From: Phoronis australis | Taxonomy: Eukaryota > Animalia > Phoronida | DNA length: 64,000 nt | Reading direction: 5' to 3' | NCBI GenBank assembly: GCA_002633005.1 | Contig: NMRA01000105.1 | Location: 933,162 to 997,161, forward strand | In this document: piece after piece, positions 40,092-53,112 of the stretch | Numbering within the stretch: position 1 is the stretch's first letter | Layout of the letters: each line of letters begins with the position of its first letter | The notes under the pieces: model-generated | What the model was told of the DNA's origin: nothing | Seen by the model: only the letters and a program-made list of their open reading frames with translations | Database searches by the model: none | Made by a program: the position numbers and the translations under genes

Positions 40092-41689
40092 CAGATCATG
40101 AAAGTATTTTGTAACTAAAAGTGGGCAATTGATTTTTAAATTACTAAATGGACAATCTCAATTTGGTAGACAGTTTTCTTAGTACTAAGATTTAATCTTA
40201 CAACCTATCTTCATGTGTTTGCTTTCCTGTTGAATCACATAATCACTTTGTAATCAATATTCCTGAAATTCAATTCTCCACATAATTAGTCTAAAATAAC
40301 TTCAGAACCATGTCAAGTTTTATTTTTTCGTGACCGACACCATCATGATAACTGTAACGAAATCTTTGAAATATGTTTTTTTCTCTCATTTCATTGGCAA
40401 CTAGTGACAGTGGAGTGATCAACAGAACTTGAATGCGATCTGCACTCAGACAAAATGCGTGAACAAATTGTGTATAAACAGTGAAACCCAAGAAGATAGC
40501 AGAAAAAACAATCGCCATTAACCTATATCAAGGAGGAGCCAAGACACCATTAAGATTAAGTGTAGGTTATCATTTGATTAAAAAAGTGATTTATTATCAA
40601 AATCTGAAAGATCTTACATTTTAGTACATATCAGGATACAAGTCATTACAAACAAAAAACAAAATGCAATTGCATTGTGTAGGAGTGTCATAAACCAGGA
40701 AGTCAGTCCATTCAAAAACAATCACTGTAATGTAGTCTTCGAAAGATTCTAACAATGGTAAATTTGATTATCGCAAAACCATCTTTGAGGCACAAACGTA
40801 CAGACATTCCTTTGCAGCTAACACAACCAAAAAATGATAAGGACATTATTAAGACAATGCAAAAGTGCTTTGTGTTTGATAGTTGGATCGAGTAGTTCTT
40901 GTCCAAATGAAATGTGAAAAAAGGCTGGCATGCATTCAGTTTTCAAATTCTAGCATTTGAATCGACAGCAAACAAAAGCAGCAAAATCTAAAAACTAGAA
41001 AAAAGTACAAATTGTAATTCTGCTAAATCCAAAATAATGCAGTTATTAAGCGAACAATACATCACTGTCAAATACGAACAAGTGAAGAGCTCAGCATGCA
41101 CTGAATGAGAACGACAGAGAGCGATTACATGAGAAAATATTGCCAATCAGAAACTCAAGATGAAGGTTACGTTAGTAACCATGGGTGATGTGTAGTATAA
41201 ATAATGTGATTTTATTTTTAAGTTGACTCTATGGCAATATGGACAATGTGTTTTGGTCACTACAGCACAATGGGAGACTTTCAAATAGCAACTTGGTAAC
41301 TGGTCATGTGGAACCGGATATCAGTGCCCTCTAGAGGATGAGGAGGCATTCTATATTTTCGTTTAAAACACGTTCCGTGTAACCACATACACTGTAAAAG
41401 AGTGTTTACACAAAGTCAAACTGTTCCCCTATGGCACCCCCTGCTTTTACAAAGTAACTCCTGGTTCAGCTAGGTAGTGATATGAGTTACCGATCACACG
41501 TGATTGACCCCTATTGCGTCCGTAAAGTCTGCCGTTAATCAAGCCTGACCCAAGCTACTCTGCTTGCATGGCTACATAAGAAGACCCTTACCATCTAAAA
41601 GATGAGATATTATGAAGGGATAGGATGGACTTAGTGATGTTTCATACTATTCAAGCTGCAGAATTTGCAACAACAACAACAACAATCAA

Positions 41690-42790
41690 GACTTAATTAA
41701 AAGTGCGAGAAGTGAACACCCGTCTCACAAACATTTTAGCTCCCAAAGTGAATGCTATTTGTTTTGAGTAACGACAAGTCAGTTTTAACAGGAGGGGTAA
41801 ACAAAAATGTCACTGAGGGGGTGCCAGAGTAGTTAAACACGTTCGAAAATCAAGGTCACCCTCGGTCTTCTCATAAGAAACACATCTCCAAATTTTAATA
41901 ATGATCCTTCAAGCGGATAGGTGGATGGAGAGGGTGATGTCAAAAACGTACTCAAAAATTTTTCAAATGGCCATGGGTTGGCACAGAATACGTCAAATTT
42001 GCCCGGAAATGAGAAAGTGTCATTGTCTACTTAATAGAAACCTATTTGCAAAACTTCGTGACAATAGAAACAGGCACGATATATTGAATCTATCTGAAAA
42101 CGGGAACCTGTTGACTCGAGACTTTCATTGAAACCTATTTACTATGTTTCATAAAAATCTGTCAAGGAGTTTCAAAGATACAGAGGGCAACAGCAGTAGA
42201 TGGATCCATCCAAATGTCGTCATTGTCTGTTGTCAACTTCATATAAATACACTTGTCAAATTAAATAAAGATCCTGCAGAGGGGTTGAAAAATAGAGCCA
42301 CAGACAAGAAATGCCACTAGGAGGCACCACAGTAGTCAAAGTCATCGAAAAGTCATCGTAAGCCACCCACTTCACAGTAGGAACATACATGCCAATTTTC
42401 ACAATCATCCAAAGAGTAATTTGGTTGATAGATGGGCAGACGTCAAAAAACAGTAAAAAAATGGCCACTAGGTGGCACACAAAACTTTGAATCCATCCGA
42501 AAATAAGGAGGTAAAGTCATCTAAGTAATACATGCCTATTTGCCAAATTTTATGAAAATCCACTGAGGACCTTTGAAGCTACAGAGGTGAACATAAAAAA
42601 AATAAAATTGCCACTAGGGGGCACACCAGTAGTCGGATCCATCCAAAAGTTAACTCATGCCATCTCATCCATGAAAGAAACATATGCGAAAAATTTTATG
42701 AACATAAATCAAAGTGTTTATGACTCGGAGATAGAGCAGCGGATGCCAGACAGAGAGACGGGGATGCCAGCATAATGTGCCCACATAATA
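41690..42790 (+). mobile_element. Second, more diverged copy of the same tandem-array element
   Basis: Shares the subunits (AAAATGGCCACTAGGTGGCAC, AAATTGCCACTAGGGGGCACACCAGTAGTC) and the GGAGATAGA..GGATGCC tail with 36043-37670. Boundaries approximate. Confidence 0.7.
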
Positions 42791-43513
42791 TTATTTAAAA
42801 ATCCACTCTTTACTGAGAATAAGATTTGAAATTATTGTTTTGGCTAAACATCATTTTATCATGATTGTACTAACTTATGTGAAAAAATGATACCAGACAT
42901 TCATGCGAGTGAATCAATCATTCGCGTAAACTCCCATCACCAACTTTTGAAAAATCTTAATTTTCAAGTTTCCCGGTTTGAGCTTCCTGGTTATTAGCAC
43001 GGGCGAGTATGGCAATTTGTAAACAATCCATCTCACCCATACACTGTAGGGTAAAATCTGACCAATTCAAGAAATGTAACATGGCGGACAATTGAAATTT
43101 AGCTTCAACATATTTTACAAAGTTGCAACACCAAGTAATGTTCTGCCATGCTAAGTTCTTTGCGACACCAAACAACAGAAAATGTATTGAAAAAGTTTGT
43201 CCATTCACAACGTGGCAACGTTAAATGGCTGTGAAAAATGAAAAGGGGCATATTTGTCTGAAATTGCTAACACCTTAACTTATAAAATATCATGGCACAG
43301 CCATAAGCATTTTATTTTTTCACAATTCAACAATAAAACAATAGCCATTCCAATACAGCATTTAAATCTAATGACCATTTAATGAGCCCCCCCCCAGTAA
43401 TAATCAATTATACACAACATTTCCTCATTTAGCCAATGCGTTAACGTCACACACACACAGGTGTCAACAGCTGATAATAGCAGATGTCATAATGAATGAC
43501 CAGAGGCACTCAC

Positions 43514-43676
43514 CGATGTTGAATTCACTGAGCCGTTGAGTCACATTCTCAATGTCTGTATTGCTGGTTACTAGTTCATCCAGCTCAGCCAACAGGTCGC
43601 TGTCAGAGACATCTAGTGCTGGATCTGAGATACTCGTCGACAGTACCTGAGTTATATCAGCTTGATTCTCCAGAAC
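43514..43676 (-). CDS. CHMP7: CHMP7 exon 8
   Basis: Translates VLENQADITQVLSTSISDPALDVSDSDLLAELDELVTSNTDIENVTQRLSEFNI. ccAG acceptor, phase-1 donor G|GTGAGT. Confidence 0.92.
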
Positions 43677-45603
43677 CTGGAAATTTACGACCCTGACTGA
43701 ATACTACGTACATTCTTAGAAACATGACCCAGGAATAAAGAACCAGACCAGCCAAATTTTTATGTGCCTATAAAAATGCCTACCGTTTAATTATTTATTT
43801 ATTGTAACATTTAAAGTAAAGATGACATCTTCAGTGTCAGCACTGCTGCCACTTATACTTGAGAAATTGATCTCAAATCGTTCCTCAGTCGAATTCAAGA
43901 TACATGTAATTTCAGAGCTTTGAAAGACCTGGCAGTACATGGGTGCTAGAGAATAGATGATACATGTTCGTTTGTCACACACGTCATTTTATTCCGCAAG
44001 CATGGTCTTAAAAATCAACAAACTGTCAGTTCTTTGTAAACCTAGAACTCACTTGTCATCTGATTAAGGAACAAGTTAAGGTCAATTCCAAAGCACAAGT
44101 TTGCCTCTTGGACGGAATGTGGGTTTAATGCGGTAATAATTAATAAAAACCAATAAAGGGACTACTTGCAAACTACTCTCTGTTTGCCAGTGTGGTGAAT
44201 GTAATCTACATGTATTAAGACAGTGTTAATAAGAGAAACGATATCATAAATAACTCAAACAGTACTTGTTTAAAGTTTTACAAAGTTTGATTAGCATTGT
44301 GTTGTTACGACACCCACTCACTAAAGATAACTGTGCATCACTAGCCGACAGATGTGAACAGAAAGGGCGAGCAAAAAGGTTTTCCATGGTGATGGCAATA
44401 AAGGGTATAAAATAACTCCATTATTGGAAGATTTCCACAATGACAATAAAGACAATGAACTCAGCCGCCACCAACAGCATTCAGATGGTTTGACCAATAC
44501 GCGAATTTCCAGCAAATTTCCGAATCTGCTGATTGCACTTAAATCAGAGTTTTAACTATGTATGGAAATAATTGAATAAATTAATTAACTCCAGCATTTT
44601 GACATAGACGAGCATGCAAGTTCTGATTTAAGTAAGACATGGAGAGGTCCAGTCGTCAGAAGAAAGCAGCGTAAAACTAAAATGAAGGTGGGAATGAATT
44701 TTGCCAAAATCACGAGAATATAGAGAACTGCTACGAGCCATTAAGAACCATTCTACATCCAACTCTTTAGTATTGAGACTCTGGTGTACAAGAAACGCTA
44801 TTACACAATACTGAAAAACATTCATCAGGGTTTATCAATGACCAAACATTCAAACATCGAAAGGCTTTCACTTGAGTTGGTCTGGCCGAAAGTATGGGGA
44901 ACCTGTGGCACACTATCAAACTATGTGCCTATAGACAAATCGATAGCACCTCAATCACTGTACTGTGGCAGTGACACCTGTGATGGCTAAAAAAGCTCTA
45001 CAGTTGACTGGAACACACAGGGTTTTGCACACACGTGTAATTGGCAGTAATAGTGATGTACAGGGAGAGGTTAGAATTTTAAATACATTGTGCAAATGGC
45101 AGAACCAAACTGGAAATCGCGTGACTATCATTTGCTTTGTTTGTGCGTATGGTTTTTAGCATGATGCAAATTTACAACTGCGCAGAAGTTCACAAACTTA
45201 GTTATTGAAAGTTTCATTCAACACACAACTTATTCCAGCTTAATCGCCAGTTTTTCACTGATATTCTGACCGTATATAACCTGTAATCAGACGTCGCACC
45301 AGTTGTCCTAAAGACATTATGGCAACAATGCAAATGGTGCTAAAACAACAATGTATTTTACTGCTACATATTTACATGGTACTTCGGTCACTAGCCATCT
45401 AAATTGTGACTCCAGATTATACACAGGCAGAGTGACAAAAACAAGAAATTATACTGGAAAAATCAACGTGAAGTTGTGCGCTTAACGAGACTTAAATGAA
45501 GCAGAATGGTCAATATAATTTTTTGTAATAAAGCAATTTGAAGGCTACCAGCTGATGAAATCCATCAAGTTTACTAACTTGATGTAATATGCATTGATCT
45601 CAC

Positions 45604-45705
45604 CTCCTGTACAGCATCAAGCGTCTGCTCCACTCTGTCAAGGTCAAGGCCGTCTTTGACATTCTGCTTCATTGCAGCTGTACCTGCCTCATAAGCGTCC
45701 AAAAT
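45604..45705 (-). CDS. CHMP7: CHMP7 exon 7 (Snf7 domain)
   Basis: Translates ILDAYEAGTAAMKQNVKDGLDLDRVEQTLDAVQE. tttAG acceptor, GTGAGA donor, 102 nt. Confidence 0.93.
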
Positions 45706-46239
45706 CTAAAGACAAAAATAATCTTTTTTACAGAAGTTCTCAAATGAGTGGTAAAAATTCCAGTCATTCTTCAGCAATGAAAACACTTAGCATTTTGGCC
45801 AGTGATGCTTTCCCAATAGGTCACATTAGCTAGAAGTTTCACAAGGTTCACATAAGTGGTGAAAATGCAAACTCTTTTTCATTGGAGAGCAAGCTGTTGT
45901 TTCAAACAGACAGAACTGCTGGCTGTGAAATCGCTAACACGTAATTTTGTTTCCTCACAACACAAAACGCTTTTACAGAGAAAAGATGTTAAGCCACCTG
46001 TCATCAACTGATTAATGCGATGATAAATAAAGGCGTCTTACAATGTGTGTCCTTTGAAGTTAGTGGTCTGTTTACAAATGAGCTAGTACGAACACAGCAG
46101 TTTTAGTGTGCTTATACCGTCAGCAAAACTATAACCCATTATTTTTGAACTTGAGCCCTCAGCAAAAGCACTATTGGTAAATAAGTGAAGAAAAACTGGC
46201 ATTTGAGCCACTTTGTGAATAGGGGTAATACGCAAATGT

Positions 46240-46530
46240 TTACTGTTTTGTACCATTGATGTGCAGTGAAGCTGTGCCTGTATGCAAAAGGAACATGGAC
46301 ACAAGGGCGATAAAGCAAAGTTGTTTCTGGTATTCACTCTGACTCATTTCGAAACCTGTGCTAAACAACTAAAAATGTCCACCTCAAGCAATTTCAGCAA
46401 AGGTTTGGTGTTATTTTGGAAAGATGCAAAAAGGTTCGTAAACACGGACAAGCAGGGTATGAATAAAAATGATTTGTGAAGTGGTTAGTGAAAAAAATGA
46501 ATCCCGCATCACTTTGCTCTTCCAGATGTA
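46240..46530 (+). repeat. Old dispersed repeat (inverted copy at 63690-64000, fragment ~55660-55750)
   Basis: TTTCTGGTATTCACTCTGACTCATTTCGAAACCTGTGCT aligns with rc TTCCTGGTATTTACATCTGCTCATTTTGAAGCCTGTGCT, and similarity continues to AATCCC.C.TCA.TTTGCTCT. Confidence 0.65.
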
Positions 46531-47147
46531 TCATCTTTTTTAACAAGTGAGCGACTAAAAATATCGCACCACCAACTTCGTTTTCAAAAAAGAGAGAAAA
46601 GAGCTAATTGTGTTATTCCTAATAACTATAACAATAAAACTGGTGAGCAACTTTAAAATAGCATTTGAGTGGCAGTATGGATAGCCTGTATTGAAAATAT
46701 TGGCGACATTTTGACTTAAGATTGAAATTAAAAAGTACTAAGAATGAACAAATACAAAGTTAAACATTTTATCCACTGATTATATGTGGAAACAAGAGAA
46801 ATTATATATTAAAGCAACATTTTGTAAATAAATGTAGTTATTTAAGTATCATCAACAAACAAGCGTGCCAAAGACTGCATTAGCGTAGAAGGATGTTTTG
46901 GGGGCTTTAGAGCTGTTTTAGTTCGCATATAGCCATATGGGACTCGTGCAAATTCCACTGTAATAATTAAATGGAAAGGAAATGACAGAATTTCCCTGCA
47001 ACAAGGCAGTTAGCAATCTTGATCATTAACCGAAAGCTGCTCAAGGTAACTATCCGCCAAGTTTAGTGATGACTCATCAGTTTGCTAAAAGCTGTTTTGA
47101 GCATTACTTTTGGCAAATTGAGGACCTGTCACTGATTTCCTACTCAC

Positions 47148-47267
47148 CATTTTCTCTGATTCGGCATCCCTGATTTTCTCCAACAGAGTTGTAAGCACCT
47201 GCAGCGTACACTCCTTCTGATCAACTTTCTTTTCCACGCCCTTTTTCCGACGGAGAGCATTCTTTGC
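47148..47267 (-). CDS. CHMP7: CHMP7 exon 6 (Snf7 domain)
   Basis: Translates AKNALRRKKGVEKKVDQKECTLQVLTTLLEKIRDAESEKM, a Snf7 helix pattern (A..ALR.KK). TAG acceptor, GTGAGT donor, 120 nt. Confidence 0.93.
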
Positions 47268-47299
47268 CTACATATTCAATTTAATCATAAAAAATTTAA

Positions 47300-47560
47300 C
47301 GGGAGGCGGTCTGGTACACGTTGTACCATGGTCTGGTACACGTTGTACCACGGTCTAGTACACGTTGTACCACGGTCTGGTACAAGTTGTACCAGATGTG
47401 TGCAGGCCGCTCATATGGGCCCACAGCACTGATGAACCACAATCATATGATTTATTAATATATCATTAAAACTGAGCTGAGGAGCTAGAGATCTCACTCA
47501 AGGTCTATCAGTGTGCCCGAGTGGGGCTCAAACCCACGACCTTCAGGCCACAATGCAAAA
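47300..47560 (-). mobile_element. tRNA-derived SINE-like remnant with tandem tail
   Basis: rc GAAGGTCGTGGGTTTGAGCCCCACTCGGGC (B-box-like), then four 22-bp repeats. Confidence 0.45.
47308..47394. repeat. 22-bp tandem repeat x4 with internal palindrome TGGTACA-CGT-TGTACCA
   Basis: Units start at 47308, 47330, 47352 and 47374. Confidence 0.95.
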
Positions 47561-49353
47561 CAACATAATATTTTTATAATTTGGCACCAAAACCAAAGCT
47601 CTGTTTCATGAAAGTTGAAGTCTTGAGCTCGATTGTTGGCATTACGTAAACCTCATTGTTCAACAAGTGGAAAGAGACATGTGATGGAATGACAGCCTTG
47701 TTACTGTGGTCTAAATTACATGAAGCAAAGCCCAAGGTACTCAATCAACTCATTACCAATGCAATGATTGCTAAAATGAATGAGCAAGAATGATGCAGGA
47801 TCTGTTTCTTTTTACTCAGAGCGTGGCAACTCACAGCGTTTCAAACTTTGCTTACGAGCCTTTGTGAAACTTTTCAAAAAAAGCACGAGATCTTGACTGA
47901 AATAGATGGGGTGAGGCGGTTTTTAGGCAGTGAGCGCAGGTCCCAAAATGAGTCGGGTAAAACCAGAGCTGTCAGTGCTATTTGGTCTAATCAAATATGG
48001 ATTTTTTAGAATAATTTTTCACTTTCTGGTCATGCACCAACAAAATGGCTGCTGCAGTTGTTGAACAGCACTGGACTTCACATTTTATTAATGACTAGAT
48101 GTAAAAACAACAAAAGCACACAGGACTGTAATTTATCAAACGTTCCCCGTTTAGCAATGTCTCTCGAATGATGAAACTCTTTACGTGTTGGTAAAAATAA
48201 AGGACAGCGGCTCTAATTTACTTTTGGATTAAAGTCGAAATGGATTTGAATCGTAACATTATGCATGGTAATTCTTATAAGTTATTGGTGTCAAAACATA
48301 ATTTCGAAAATTGTTATTTTTTTCAATTTGATAAAAGCTGATTACCTTGCCATAAAAATTAATAACCAAATGTTGTTTCATGACAGAACAGACGATCTAG
48401 CTGACTGAAACTGTCATAAACTTAGCACTGTAGCTGAGAATTTGACAAAATGAAATTTCACTTGTCTGCAATATTGTGAGCTATTGGTTAAAGAATTACC
48501 ATTAACAATATTCAGTAAAAGAAACTGCCACCACTTTCACTTTTCATGCATGAAATGACAACCCTGTCAACCATACTTTTTGAGCGACATCTAAAGTAAT
48601 AAAAAATTACCAGGGGTCCAGAAATCATTTCTAAGTAGTGAACATGTTAAGACTAGTTTTGGGATGTTAAATGGTCCAACTTAAATCGATTTTTTTATAA
48701 AAGGTGAGCGCATAATATAAAAGTTCTCCTGACTAGTTTGGTACAATGAAAAATTTTACTCAGGCTTGAACCAAATCTGAGAAGTAGACAATATTGGTCA
48801 TCCCAAATTCAAGACTAAAAATCAACAGGTGAAGATAACTCAGCTTGATGTTACACACTATGGGGACTCATGAAAACATTGAATTATTAACTGTCAAGAT
48901 TAGTTACAGTCTTTGCCACAAAAGCAGTGTCCGATATTTGACCATAATGAGAAATATCAAAATCCCTCACCTCCCAACCATCAGAATCAAAACAATTTTA
49001 TTAATCCTTCAAGTTCGCCTTGAATGTCAATGTGCCAAAATATTAGAGACTGACCCAAACTGGAGAAATTTCACCCTAGCTTCAGCAGAACTAAATTATG
49101 TTAATTTTTATGAGGATGAACAGGTTACTGCAAGTGAGTAATACACTTACAGAATGACACAACAAAGATCTAAAATGTTTCTCATAGACGATTGTTCCCT
49201 TCAAATCAATTCGTTAATTAAGAAAATGCAAAATACATTTAAATTCTAAGTGGATTATTTTGTGCTTAACAGTTCACGACAGTGACAGCCGATTTCAAAC
49301 ACTGGACATAAAATCCATTAAAATACTACATATAACTTAAGTAGTTTACTTAC

Positions 49354-49402
49354 AGAATTCCTAAGGCCTTTAGATAGGTAGTACCTGGCATCTTCCAAGC
49401 TT
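49354..49402 (-). CDS. CHMP7: CHMP7 exon 5 (49 nt)
   Basis: Acceptor ctttcAG. Translates (R)SLEDARYYLSKGLRNS. Donor GTAAGT. Phases 2/0 bridge exons 4 and 6. Confidence 0.88.
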
Positions 49403-50089
49403 CTGAAAGTAAGCATTTCCAGTAGATATTCAATTTGTTTCCATTAAGTGTCTGATTAGATTCAAAAGATCAAATTTAACGTGACATTACATTCCCAGTG
49501 GAAGAGAAAAATCAGTGAACATTCAAATGCAATCAGTCTGTCTAGTGCTAGAAGCAATTAAATCCAGCCTTTCTGTAATAAAAAAGTTCAAACCAAAAGA
49601 TAGTGTACTTAAAGAATGTAGAATGACACTAAAGCAAAGATGGAAATGTGCAACTAAACTATTCAAAAACAAGTAATGCAAGGAAGTGATTTCATTCGTG
49701 ACTGTAGATCAAACTATATGCCAAAACACCGGTACACAATAACCTTAGACAGGTGCATGTAAATGACCCTTGATTCTCAATTTATACACTTTCAAGGTAT
49801 CTATGCGAGTAGACAGTCTTTGATTAAATCGGATAAAAACTCTGAATTGATACAAACAACGGAAATAATGCAGTAGGTTCCAACAAATGACCAGCGATTC
49901 TAACATTTGACTTGGAGTTTGTATGCACGATTACTTAATACCCTTCATTTTAAGAGCAGGTAGTTGGTGATACTTTTGTTTCATGTAGAGAAACTCAAAA
50001 ACAAAAACGCTCTACTCGCCTAAGTGATGTCTGAGCAACTAACTACTGTATACCTATTCTCAGTAATTGAATGAAAAACAATCAATTAC

Positions 50090-50223
50090 CTGTTAATATC
50101 ATCATATAATTTACTGATTTCAGACTGCAGCAGTAACTGTGTATTTTGCAGTCTGAGGACACCTAACTCGGTCTCTGTTATAGCACCCACCGATTTTTCT
50201 TCTGGATGGGCAAATTTCAAAAC
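50090..50223 (-). CDS. CHMP7: CHMP7 exon 4
   Basis: Acceptor gttttAG. Translates VLKFAHPEEKSVGAITETELGVLRLQNTQLLLQSEISKLYDDIN(R). Phase-2 donor AG|GTAATT. Not in the ORF track; read manually. Confidence 0.92.
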
Positions 50224-50700
50224 CTAAAACAAGAGATCAAATCAAGGTTGCAAAGGACCCTGGAAAAATGTCCAAATTCGACTAACCGCAGAACATCATA
50301 TCACGGAGATGGCAGATTGGAGTCATACAAAACTATGCTAAATGCATGGTTTTCCAAAACACAGTTGGTATTGTTTTTAAACTGAACAACCATTTTTTCA
50401 TGAAGGACTATGTAAAAGAGGTTTATGGTTTTTGTAAAAAACTAAAATCTGCATTAAATGAAAACAAAATGATTACGAAAAATAGAAAACTGTAACAACA
50501 TTTTTAAAACTTCATCTTGATCATTGAATATGAAACAAAATTTGGTCTTGATGTTGATACCAATGTTTTGCTATGATTGCACCTTTCTTTTTTGCAAAAC
50601 TTAACAAAAAATACCATGATCCTGTGAATCAATAACGGCAGGAGATTAATGTAAAGCCAAAAAGCAAATCCTACAAACTTTCTCCTTTCAGAAAAAAAAA

Positions 50701-50739
<39 letters not shown>

Positions 50740-50742
50740 TTA

Positions 50743-50812
<70 letters not shown>
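50701..50812. repeat. (TA)n microsatellite
   Basis: Direct reading. Confidence 0.97.
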
Positions 50813-50813
<1 letters not shown>

Positions 50814-50932
50814 TTGAGTCAAATTCTACAGTTTTTAAGATATTTGGGTAGATGCGCAGCCTCATCAATAAGGTCACAAATACCCAGTGTTAATGCTTCT
50901 TATTTCTGAGAATAAGAAATAAGTTGACCAAT

Positions 50933-51035
50933 CAGTGCGAACAGGACTTCAGTGTGACAACTCAGTGCGAACGGGACTTCAATATGACCACTCAGTGCGA
51001 ACAAGACTTCAATGTGACAACTCAGCGCGAACAAG
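50933..51035. repeat. 30-bp tandem repeat x3.5 (CAGTGCGAACAGGACTTCAGTGTGACAACT)
   Basis: Direct reading. Confidence 0.9.
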
Positions 51036-51269
51036 ATATCAACACAACAGCAGGAATCCCCTGGAAGTCATGATGATATTTGGCAGAGTAAATGACAGCA
51101 CATCAAGTTTTTCATTTTTAATAATTTATTGATATTTAAAACATGTCAAATACATAACATCGTGAAACTCATACCAGAAACCAGCTAAGCATGTATCGGG
51201 GCAATTCAGTCATCTACTAAGCCTGGTCTTAACTTAAATAGACTAATTTGTAAGACCAAGTTGAAACAA

Positions 51270-52190
51270 CTTCGGGCAAGTAATGCCCTTAATTTAAAAA
51301 GTCTTATTTATACAAAATGGGAACAAATAGAAATGTAAAAATAGCATTTAAATTATTTGACTCCATGGTAGCATCTATTCTGTTTTATGATGCAGAATTG
51401 TGGGGTACTATCTACAGGAAGGAAATAGAAAGTGTTCAGCTTGCATTTTGTAAATGGTTATTACGTACAGGCACGACAACCTATGTTATTGCAAAAGGTG
51501 AAAGTGGACGTTTTGATGTGTGTGTTGTAACATATATGTGCAAACCCATTAAGTACTATTTGAAATTGTTGAAAATGAATGACAATAGGTTGCCAAGACA
51601 ATGTTATATACGATTTGAAAGGTCAAAAGAACTGTACCTTAAAAGTTTGTAAAAAAATGTATTATTCACAACTGGGTTTGGCTGTGTTTGGTTGCAACAA
51701 GGAGTTGGTGAGGAAATGAACTTTTTAATTTCTTTTAAACAGACTTAGGGATATGAATTTTCAATTGTGGTCGTCTTTACTCGCGAATATGAATAAATGT
51801 AATTTTTGCTGTTCAATTAAATCTGAATTAACATGTGAAAAGCATTTAGGTGGAAGCCTGTCTTTAAATCAAATATTTGCAATTGCAAATTTGAGGTGTT
51901 CGACACATCATCTTATGACTGAGCTGGGTAGAAGAAACAAATGTACCTCGACCAGAAAGAACTTGTAAAGCTTGTAACACTGATGAAATTGAAACAGAGA
52001 GATACACTTTTTATTTGATTGTCTTGTCCTAGGAGACCTACGGAAATATCTATTACCACATGTATTGTTAGAAATCGCTCTCAGGTTCAGATAAGAAATA
52101 CAGCACCCTTCATTCAACAAGCAATGGCAATTAGGAGCGAAATTATGAGAACTTGATGAATTGGTGAGAGTATACTGTAAAATGAACCGT
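51270..52190 (+). mobile_element. Degenerate non-LTR retrotransposon 3' fragment (RTE-X-like), antisense in CHMP7 intron 3
   Basis: Frameshifted pieces KLFDSMVASILFYDAELWG, FCKWLL, GESGRF, RLPRQCY, LRCSTHHLMTELGR and ERTCKAC..IETEIHFLFDC: RT thumb plus C-terminal Cys/His motif. Confidence 0.85.
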
Positions 52191-52532
52191 GGGCCAATGG
52201 TCCTAAGAGTATTGAAAAAACAGATAAACATCAAAAGGCTGAACTTCTGTCAGAAGGCAGGTGGATTCACATGGGACAAATGGTCAACTTTAAAGTCCTC
52301 GTGAAGTAAATCCCTCCACAATCAGTATAACTAGTGCACGCAAGAGCAAAGTCAATCACACAAATTTGGATTGTGTGATTTTGAAAAATTCTTACTCCTT
52401 AAATGAGCCAAACCAAATGTTCTGGAAAACAAAACCATCTAAAAATAGACTGAGCTACATTTTACTGAATAGTACTTCAAATTTTGAGGCTTAAATTGAA
52501 AATAAATACAAAAAGATCGTGAGATACCACAC

Positions 52533-52727
52533 CTGCTCTCCCTTAGCTGTCTCTGCAAGGATGATTTTTTTCCACTTGACCAGCAACATCAGAATGATGT
52601 CAAAGCTGCGCTCATCATCACAGAATGGCTCAGCCATGGACTTAACGGTCGACTTCAGGAGAACATAATCTGTTGCTGTGTGCTGAACACGTTGCTGTAG
52701 CAATGCAAGTACTTTTCCAGCTTTCTC
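52533..52727 (-). CDS. CHMP7: CHMP7 exon 3
   Basis: Acceptor tttcAG. Translates EKAGKVLALLQQRVQHTATDYVL...CDDERSFDIILMLLVKWKKIILAETAKGEQ. Donor CAG|GTGTGG. Phase 0/0, 195 nt. Confidence 0.9.
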
Positions 52728-53112
52728 CTGAAATCAAGGTTGTGATGATCATGTGACAGGGGATGGGATAAACATGATTTTGTGAAAGACTGAAACAAAG
52801 CTCGTCATTTCACATTTATGTTAATTTCAAAACAACTTGTCTCCAGCAACACTACCTGACGTCTCCAGTGACTGTCCAATCCAACTGACAAAAGACAGGT
52901 TAATAAGTACAAGCTCTTAGGACTTCATAAACAATACACACCACGACTTAGTATGTACAGCATAGAATATATTTTAACTGTTGACTTAATTTAGGAAAAA
53001 TTGTGCTCTCTTCGGGATTTAATGTGAACGTGAAGGGAACAAAATGTTCAGCTACAAATTTCCATACAGAATAAACATGACTACTTAAAATTCTTTTGGC
53101 ATAGCTCATGAA

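Noticed and set aside
46282-46479. Paralogous small proteins (FLVFT..HFE.CA..LK here and at 63741-63989)
   Set aside because: Similarity is nucleotide-level with indels and extends beyond the ORFs, so this is a non-coding dispersed repeat.
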